DNA of 64,000 nucleotides from Octopus vulgaris (lineage: Eukaryota): positions 166,718,001 through 166,782,000 of the forward strand of contig OX597817.1 of the NCBI GenBank assembly GCA_951406725.2, written 5' to 3'. The notes under the pieces are model-generated. The model made no database searches. It was given only the letters and a program-made list of their open reading frames with translations, and had not been told where the DNA came from. Below, piece after piece: positions 54,754 to 64,000 of the stretch. The position numbers and the translations under genes were made by a program. The stretch's first letter is position 1. Each line of letters opens with the position of its first letter.

Positions 54754-54957
54754 CGTGTGTGTGTTATACAAATACATGTATATAGAGATTGATAGATTGA
54801 TAGAAAGGGAGAGAGATAAATACATACGTACTGTACATATACATATATGCATACATACGTACACACATATATATATATATATATGTATGTATGCGTGCAT
54901 ATATGTATATATACAAACATACACACACACTTGTTCCTTCAACTCCTGTTATAAACA

Positions 54958-55692
54958 TACGAGGCACGTTCCTACTAAACACTGCTTGTCACAGCTGACT
55001 AGATTGAAGAATGTAGTCGGGACACTTGGAAGCTTGCTATGCAATAAAGCCTTGCGTTAGACGGTGCAAAATTATTACAGAAACTTAAGGAAAATTCCAG
55101 ATTCCTTATGGATTAACTGCTTTGATAGCACGAGGGATGCAAAGACGATAGAGAGGAGATGTCAGGCGATGTGAAATGTGGGAGGGAGAGGACGTAGAAC
55201 ATCAGATCTGGTTGAGAAAATGCGATATTTTCTGCCTGAAAACTGTTGTGTTTCTATAAAGATAACAAGTATAGTTTGGAGTTGGTGTGTCACCTGTACA
55301 CTGAATTACTCATGAACATCTGAACGTGCATAAAATGTGTGCAAAGTTTGTTCCCAGAATGCCCAATGGCGTGCATCCTTGTAACAAACTACTCGACAAA
55401 GTTGGGAATCAAAATTATCCCACATCCTCCCTACAGACCAGGTCCTTGTTCCTTGTCAGTTTTAGTTGTTCCACAAGCTGAAGGAGAATTTCAAGGGTAG
55501 TCGTTTTGAAGATGAAGGAGGCTGTGGCAAGGATTCTGGATACTTTCACTTTGAAGGACCTCCATAGGGTCTTCACAAAATGGCAGAAGCACTGCAAGTG
55601 CATTGAAGTCAGAGAAGCGAACATTGAAGATTAGAGTTTTGTATTTTTTGGAATTCATCGAAAGAAGTCAGAAAACTTCAAGAAGGCATCTT
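54958..55692 (+). pseudogene. Decayed mariner element
   Basis: Begins tacgagg. Fragments KMCAKFVPRM (WVPHEL-like), IIPHPPY and LFHKLKENFKGSRFED. Confidence 0.75.
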
Positions 55693-56252
<560 letters not shown>

Positions 56253-56729
56253 GTGTGTGTGTGTATGTGTGGTTGAGTGTGTTTGTGTATGTGTGTGTGT
56301 GTGCAAGCATGTGTGTACGTGTGTGTGTGTGTGTGCGTGAGTGTCTTTTTGCACTTATACAAATACACATTGATATACACATCTGTGTATCATACTAGAA
56401 AAGAAGGCTGTGGTTTTTGTCTCAGATATAATCTATTCAGAGGCATTTTTATGTTAAAAACACAATACATATATATATCAAAGAGAAACGGACATCATTG
56501 TAACAATAGTATGGATAGATTATAAGAAAGCCTATGCTTGTCAATAAAGTGTACCTATTAATTAGTCACATGCTTGAGAAAAATTTGTGCCTCGATATAT
56601 ATATATAAACATTTTTTTAAACAAAAACAGCAATACGTTCACTGATATTGCAAGATGTTTTCCGTGCTGTAAAAGAAAAATCGGTGAAGGCAATTTAATC
56701 ATCATCATCATCATCATCATCATCACCAC

Positions 56730-56780
<51 letters not shown>

Positions 56781-57259
56781 TGTCGTCATCATCATCCTCG
56801 TCGTCATCATCATCATCAATTTGACATTACTGTCTCGTGTCATAGGACACATAGGAGCGGTTCCCCGGTTTCCATGGGGCTATAAGTGGCCTGATGTCGC
56901 AACATTTTCCCTGAATGGGACCTCTGGTCATTGATTTACTGGTTATTGAACTGGGGCAAAGGGAAATGGAATATTTTGCCCCAGATCACAACCCACTATC
57001 TGGTCAAGGAATGGAAACCTCGATTTTGCGATCATAACTCCCTAACTACAACGTCATGCGCCTTCACCCAATTTAAATTCAATTCGCATGTGTCACTTCT
57101 GCGAGGATTTTTAGTCGAACAAATCAAACCCAGTATTCTTTTTAATATGTAGCACTTAGTCTATCGTTCACTTTCGCCGAACTGCTAGTTATGCAAACCT
57201 AAACAAACCAACAACGGCAGTCTAACAGTGGAGCACAAACACAAAGATACACTCACACG

Positions 57260-57318
<59 letters not shown>

Positions 57319-57544
57319 GAAATATTAAAATTACTAAGTCTCTCTAAAAGAGAACAGCGGCAGCGTTCCCGGAAAATAATAGTTATCGCCATACTAATAT
57401 GGCATTCTTATAAAAATAAGAATAAAGCTGTCCGCTTATTAGCTCCATGAGGCCATCGCCTTAAGTTAGCTATTTGATACACAAACTGTATCCATATAAC
57501 CTTCGAACAAGGGAGGTCAGTCGCTCCACACTACTTGACCGGCA

Positions 57545-57586
57545 GCTACAGACGCGTTTCGGGGTATTGCCCCTTTTCAATGCAGC
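57545..57586 (-). ncRNA. Type I hammerhead ribozyme, U3-A8 variant
   Basis: Minus strand GCTGCA-TTGAAAA-GGGG caata CCCC-GAAA-CGCG-TC-TGTAGC. Confidence 0.8.
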
Positions 57587-57906
57587 GTAGCCAGCCAGTA
57601 GGTGTCGCTTCCGACAATCTCTGTTCGATGGTTTTATTTACCTAGTTTCGGTGGAATACATCCATTGGTTTTCAATAATAGAAATATTAAAATTACTAAG
57701 TCTCTCTAAAAGAGAACAGCGGCAGCGTTCCCGGAAAATAATAGTTATCGCCATACTAATATGGCATTCTTATAAAAATAAGAATAAAGCTGTCCGCTTA
57801 TTAGCTCCATGAGGCCATCGCCTTAAGTTAGCTATTTGATACACAAACTGTATCAATATAACCTTCGAACAAGGGAGGTCAGTCGCTCCACACTACTTGA
57901 CCGGCA

Positions 57907-57948
57907 GCTACAGACGCGTTTCGGGGTATTGCCCCTTTTCAATGCAGC
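57907..57948 (-). ncRNA. Type I hammerhead ribozyme, U3-A8 variant
   Basis: Identical motif in the second tandem unit. Confidence 0.8.
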
Positions 57949-58268
57949 GTAGCCAGCCAGTAGGTGTCGCTTCCGACAATCTCTGTTCGATGGTTTTATT
58001 TACCTAGTTTTGGTGGAATACATCCACTTGTTTTCAATAATAGAAATATTAAAATTACTAAGTCTCTCTAAAAGAGAACAGCGGCAGCGTTCCCGGAAAA
58101 TAATAGTTATCGCCATACTAATATGGCATTCTTATAAAAATAAGAATAAAGCTGTCCGCTTATTAGCTCCATGAGGCCATCGCCTTAAGTTAGCTATTTG
58201 ATACACAAACTGTATCAATATAACCTTCGAACAAGGGAGGTCAGTCGCTCCACACTACTTGACCGGCA

Positions 58269-58310
58269 GCTACAGACGCGTTTCGGGGTATTGCCCCTTT
58301 TCAATGCAGC
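58269..58310 (-). ncRNA. Type I hammerhead ribozyme, U3-A8 variant
   Basis: Identical motif in the third unit, a few nt from the inversion junction. Confidence 0.8.
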
Positions 58311-58423
58311 GTAGTAATTTTAATATTTCTATTATTGAAAACAAGTGGATGTATTCCACCGAAACTAGGTAAATAAAACCATCGAACAGAGATTGTCGGA
58401 AGCGACACCTACTGGCTGGCTAC

Positions 58424-58465
58424 GCTGCATTGAAAAGGGGCAATACCCCGAAACGCGTCTGTAGC
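58424..58465 (+). ncRNA. Type I hammerhead ribozyme, U3-A8 variant
   Basis: Same motif in the inverted unit. Confidence 0.8.
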
Positions 58466-58713
58466 TGCCGGTCAAGTAGTGTGGAGCGACTGACCTCCCT
58501 TGTTCGAAGGTTATATGGATACAGTTTGTGTATCAAATAGCTAACTTAAGGCGATGGCCTCATGGAGCTAATAAGCGGACAGCTTTATTCTTATTTTTAT
58601 AAGAATGCCATATGGCGATAACTATTATATATATATATATATATATCTTAATAGTAATGGTAAGACAACAAAAGAATGAAAGAGAACTCGATATTAACGT
58701 AAATAGAGGAATT

Positions 58714-58922
58714 TATCTGTAATATAATATGTGGCAATTATTTGGTTGCCATAATAAAACTCCGAGTTTCGGATGCCGGGGCGGAAACCTGCACCGGCAC
58801 CTCTTCAGTTAGCGAGGCAATTTTGATTGCCTTTATAACTGAAGAGATACAGGTTTCCCTCCCGACATTCGAAACTCGGAGTTTTATTATACCAACCGAA
58901 TAATTGTCACATATTATATTAC

Positions 58923-58927
<5 letters not shown>
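58714..58927. mobile_element. ~215-bp imperfect palindrome with a hammerhead-like core on each arm
   Basis: Arms tatctgtaatataatatgtggcaattat...aaaactccgagtttcg and cgaaactcggagtttt...ataattgtcacatattatattacagata, centre aggcaat-tttg-attgcct. CTGAAGA...GAAACTCGGAGTT on both strands. Confidence 0.7.
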
Positions 58928-58985
<58 letters not shown>

Positions 58986-60391
58986 TAATATAAACATGTA
59001 TATGACGGATTTGATTCGTTGCAGAACTAACATGACAATTGAGGTATACACTAGATGCCAGTATAAGTGGTGTTTTGTAGTTGTGAAATTATAGTATCGT
59101 GAAATTGAACGATGCCGAAATATAATTTAACAGTCAGTATTGTTTTATCCATATACTCAAACCAAACAAACCAAACAACAAGCAAGTAAATAATCATGAG
59201 TTAATATCAATATGTTATCGCTTAAAAATATGAAAATATAAAAATGGGAGAAGGTACTACTTTTAAGTCTCAGATAAACTCTAGATGCAAGCCTTCTTAC
59301 ACTAAAGATATCTTGTTTGCATGTACGTGTAGCACAACACTTTATTCCTACACGATGGTTCTTGCGCAAAAGATACGTTTTAAATACGTACACACACAAC
59401 TGCGCATAAGTTTTCAAATTGTACTGATACATCAACACACATATGTATACACACACACACTCACATATATAAATGGCGGTCAACAAATGTTGAAAAGTAT
59501 GGATTAATTTGAAGAGCGAATTTTAAAGTAATTTCAATTAAGTGAAATAAGTACAAATTTAGTAAGTAGAATTTAAAAACGAAAATCACCATTTAGTTTA
59601 TATTTTCAGTTTCTAATTCACATTTTCATTTTTGCATAGTTTATTTATTTATATGTTTATATGTTTACTTACCTTTGTAATCTGTATTTCAGACATTTTT
59701 TTTTTGTCATACAGTATTTAGAATTATCGTATTATTTTCGCAATATTTTTCTGAAGTAATATAATAAACGCAGTGACTGATACAGCTATTATCGCTGCCA
59801 TTCGTTTAGAATTATTATGGTTGCGTAATCAGTATTGCTCATATTCAGTTATTTAATGAATTACATTTTATCGTCTTTGTATCTTAAATAGAAAATACAA
59901 CAAAGTACAGCAGGCAATTTCAATCAGTCTCATGAAACCACACCCTCCCAAACACAAAAAAATATTCAAATATTCAAATGAGTGACGATTCATGAGATAC
60001 GTAGAATGCCAAAATATGTGTGCACGTACTTAGTAGCTTTATAAGGAGAATTTAATGCAGGGAGATTGATTAAGCATCTCTTGATAATGCTCCTTACATA
60101 TCCGACAACAAAACGAAAGCTGAACTTCAGAAAGATAAATTTGACGATAATGATGATGACAAGATGGAGGAGGAGGAGGAAGAAGCTGTGGGTGACGACG
60201 ACGACAACGTCAATAACACCAACATCTATAATAATTATAAAAATAATAATAATGGCTTCAAAATTTGGCACAATGTCAGCAATTTCAGGGGATGAGATAA
60301 ATCGATTACAACGACCCAACTGCTCAAATGGTACTTATTTTATCGACCCCGTGAGGATGAAAGTCAAAGTCGACCACTAATGCTAATAATA

Positions 60392-60532
<141 letters not shown>

Positions 60533-61439
60533 GAAATCCAAACTAAAAATAGAACAGCAACGAACCATGATAAAACGATGGCAAGAAAAGACCCTTCATG
60601 GTAAATACTGGACTAAACTAAACGCAAAAGAAATAGACAAAGAAAAATCCCAGCAATGGTTGAGAAGCTCAGGACTCAAAGCAGAGACAGAGGGATTTTT
60701 AATTGCAGCACAAGACCAAAGCCTACCCACCAGAAATTACCAAAAACATGTAATGAAAAGAAATATTACAAGTAACTGCAGAATATGTGGAGATGGACAA
60801 GAAACAATAAATCATATTATCTCTAGCTGCCCAGTCATGGCTAAGAAGGAATATATTCACAGACATGACAAAGTTGGAACCTACATACATTGGAAGCTAT
60901 GCCAACATTATGGAATAACAACAGAAAAAAGATGGTATAGGCACACACCAGAAAAGGTCACAGAAAACGAGAAAGCAACCATACTCTGGGATATGCCGAT
61001 ACACACAGATAGAGAAATTAAGGCCAACAGACCAGATATAGTTGTCAGAGATCATGAAGAAAAAAATGCTTTCTAATTGATGTATCAATACCGGTTGATG
61101 ACAACGTGTCTCTAAAAGAAATGGAGAAACTCTCAAAATACAAAGACCTGGAAATAGAGGTAACTAGAATGTGGAATCTGAAAACAGAAACAATTCCTAT
61201 CATAGTAGGTGCATTAGGCATGATAAAAAAATATTCAGACAAATACATAACAAAAACACCAGGACTTACAAACACATATAACATACAGAAAATTGCACTA
61301 CTAGGCACTGCACACATCCTACGCAGAACACTTTCCATACAATAACCATCAGAGCATCACAACAAATCACAGCACATACCCAAGGCACACAGAGCTGTGC
61401 TCGGTAGTGAAGTGAAAGCACGCTATAAAAATAAAACTA

Positions 61440-61442
<3 letters not shown>
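60533..61442 (+). mobile_element. R4/Dong-like family B, 5'-truncated copy in (TAA)n
   Basis: Near-identical to 41420-42336, with the same A-run frameshift as the 34520 copy. Confidence 0.95.
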
Positions 61443-61520
<78 letters not shown>

Positions 61521-61576
61521 TTAATAATAATAATAATAATAATAATAATATTAATAATAACAATAATAATAATAAT

Positions 61577-61609
<33 letters not shown>

Positions 61610-61613
<4 letters not shown>

Positions 61614-62799
61614 CTCTGAGGACTGGATGTTAAAACTTGTCTCAAAACATGAAAACAAGAAAGCATCATACTCAGTCACAAAACAGGCAAAGGAATATCT
61701 AAGTGAATTCCGAATACAACCAATTTCGGAATTAGAGATAGATATACAAGAAACAAGCACAGAAAAAGCTAGGCGCATGAAAACCCGTGCCAAAACTGCG
61801 GCCTTAGATATTCTGAATAATAAATGGCAAGAAAAACCTCTCTATGGCAAATACCCAAAGAGAGCGAATAATGCAGATATCGACAAAGCCCTGACCCATC
61901 AATGGCTAATGGCCTCTGGCTTAAAATCTGAAACAGAGGGGTTTATCATAGCAGCTCAAGATCAATGCCTACCAACAAGAAACTACCAGGCCAACATATT
62001 AAAGATCAGAAGCAGTCCAACGTGTCGTGTATGCAAGCAACAAAATGAAACCATTGACCATGTGGTCTCCAAGTGCAGTCTTCTAGCGCCTACAGAGTAT
62101 CTCAACAGGCACGATAGAGCTGCACAATATATTCACTGGGTAATCTGTAAAAACCTGGATTTGCCCCATGAAAAAAACTGGTGGGAACACAAACCACCCC
62201 CAGTGCTTGAAAATGACCACATCTCACTCCTCTGGAACTTCACCATTCAAACTGACAGGAAGATAGATGCAAATAGGCCAGACATCATATTGAAAGACTT
62301 CAAACAAAGAACATGCCTCCTCATTGATATGACTGTCCCAATCGATATAAACGTATCTGTCAAGACCTACCAAAAACTGAGCAAATATAAAGATCTTGAA
62401 ATAGAAATCAGCAAAATGTGGAAGCTGAAGACTAAAACAATACCTGTTGTCATAGGTGCCCTGGGAATGATAGCAAAAGGGGCTGATAGCTACCTAACTC
62501 AGATACCAGGAAACCCAAAAATGGCAGAAGTTCAAAAGATAGTGCTCATGGGAACTGCTCATATCCTACGCAAAATACTCTCTATGTAATCTCAAGGTTT
62601 AAAACAAACATAATTTTCGGTTTAAAAAAAAAAAAAAACACTTTTTTTTTAGACATTCATTAGTACAACATCCCCATCCCCCAAATATATGGCACACTAG
62701 GCATAACAACAACATGAACTTCCAACCCTGTTGTCTCTTGAGGTCTCTGGGTGAGACTTGGAGCCAACTTGTACAAATATAAAGCAAAAGTCAAACATA

Positions 62800-62800
<1 letters not shown>
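61610..62800 (+). mobile_element. R4/Dong-like family A, 5'-truncated copy in (TAA)n
   Basis: 320-aa ORF 61627-62589 nearly identical to the long copy (2-aa insertion, N>D change). Same 3'UTR. Confidence 0.95.
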
Positions 62801-62871
<71 letters not shown>

Positions 62872-62905
62872 CAACAATAATAATAATAATAATAATAATA
62901 ATAAT

Positions 62906-62947
<42 letters not shown>

Positions 62948-62948
<1 letters not shown>

Positions 62949-63480
62949 TCAACGTTCATGCTCGTCATGCCTCAATAATAACAAAGCAAAATACGAACCG
63001 ATTCGTCGTCACTCGGAACACCATGGACCGCGTAGTCGAATTATGAACCAAATTCGATACGAAAAAATGCTACTGGTTCAAGTCCTCCCGAAACACAGGA
63101 GCTGGAAGTACCCCACAACCGGAATATTCCAACAGATGGTCATCCATGCTCGTCATCAAATAACGGAAAGAAAAAGAATAAAAAATGGTCTATGGGAACA
63201 GTAAAGAAGTTCTTACAGCCTTCTATCATGCGATATATTTCCCGACAAATAAATCTAATACTGTACAAACCTATATAAACTGGAAATAGAAGTACCTTGA
63301 AGTAAGAACCTACACAGACAGTAACAAGATGCCAACATCAGAAGAAACATTATGAAAAGGAAATTACAAACTAAATTAGAGACTGACCAAATTAAATAAC
63401 AGAAGAGCAAAGGTGGGAGTGTGTCAAGGTAGAGGATGAAAAATCTGCACTCAGCAAGTTGAGCATTCCTAATTCCAAAC
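62948..63480 (+). pseudogene. Older family-A-related relic retaining the 5' region, internally deleted
   Basis: 63165-63395 aligns to 36101-36330, then jumps to sequence like 37243-37310. About 220 nt extend further 5' than the long copy. Confidence 0.85.
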
Positions 63481-63491
63481 AAAAAAAATGA

Positions 63492-63577
<86 letters not shown>

Positions 63578-63585
63578 GAATAATA

Positions 63586-63925
<340 letters not shown>

Positions 63926-64000
63926 TAATTATAATAATAATAGTAATAATAAACGCATAAATGAATATAATTGGGGAGTGAACGAAAAGAACTGCACACG

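Larger units (their letters stand above)
57313..58626. mobile_element. Array of the 362-bp hammerhead-bearing unit: ~2.8 tandem copies (ribozyme on minus) plus one inverted copy, inserted in (TA)n
   Basis: ataatagaaatattaaaattactaag recurs with period 362 (57313, 57675, 58037). Orientation flips at about 58312-58314. (TA)n lies on both flanks. Confidence 0.93.

Noticed and set aside
57313-58314. CRISPR-like array or simple satellite
   Set aside because: No short repeat/unique spacer structure. Units are full 362-bp duplicates in eukaryotic DNA and are better explained as ribozyme retroelement units.

Overview
AT-rich, microsatellite-dense eukaryotic non-genic DNA. The SINE families and simple-repeat load resemble a coleoid cephalopod such as octopus, but that is an inference. 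No host gene can be supported. Two systems dominate. (1) R4/Dong-clade non-LTR retrotransposons (RT plus restriction-like endonuclease) that insert into (TAA)n arrays: one near-complete open copy (36101-39796), 5'-truncated copies of two young families stacked head-to-tail at 34.5-44.2 kb and 60.5-62.8 kb, and many older relics. (2) Penelope/retrozyme-type non-coding elements carrying minimal type I hammerhead ribozymes next to (TA)n tracts. The clearest is a 362-bp, highly structured unit with a U3-A8 variant catalytic core, present as a tandem-plus-inverted array (57313-58626) and as a diverged copy (954-1291) with compensatory base changes. Also present: several tRNA-derived SINE families, mariner relics and a MITE, decayed LINE fragments, local duplications and long simple repeats. 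Most ORFs in the supplied track are microsatellite translation artefacts. Coordinates were read by eye and boundaries are approximate.
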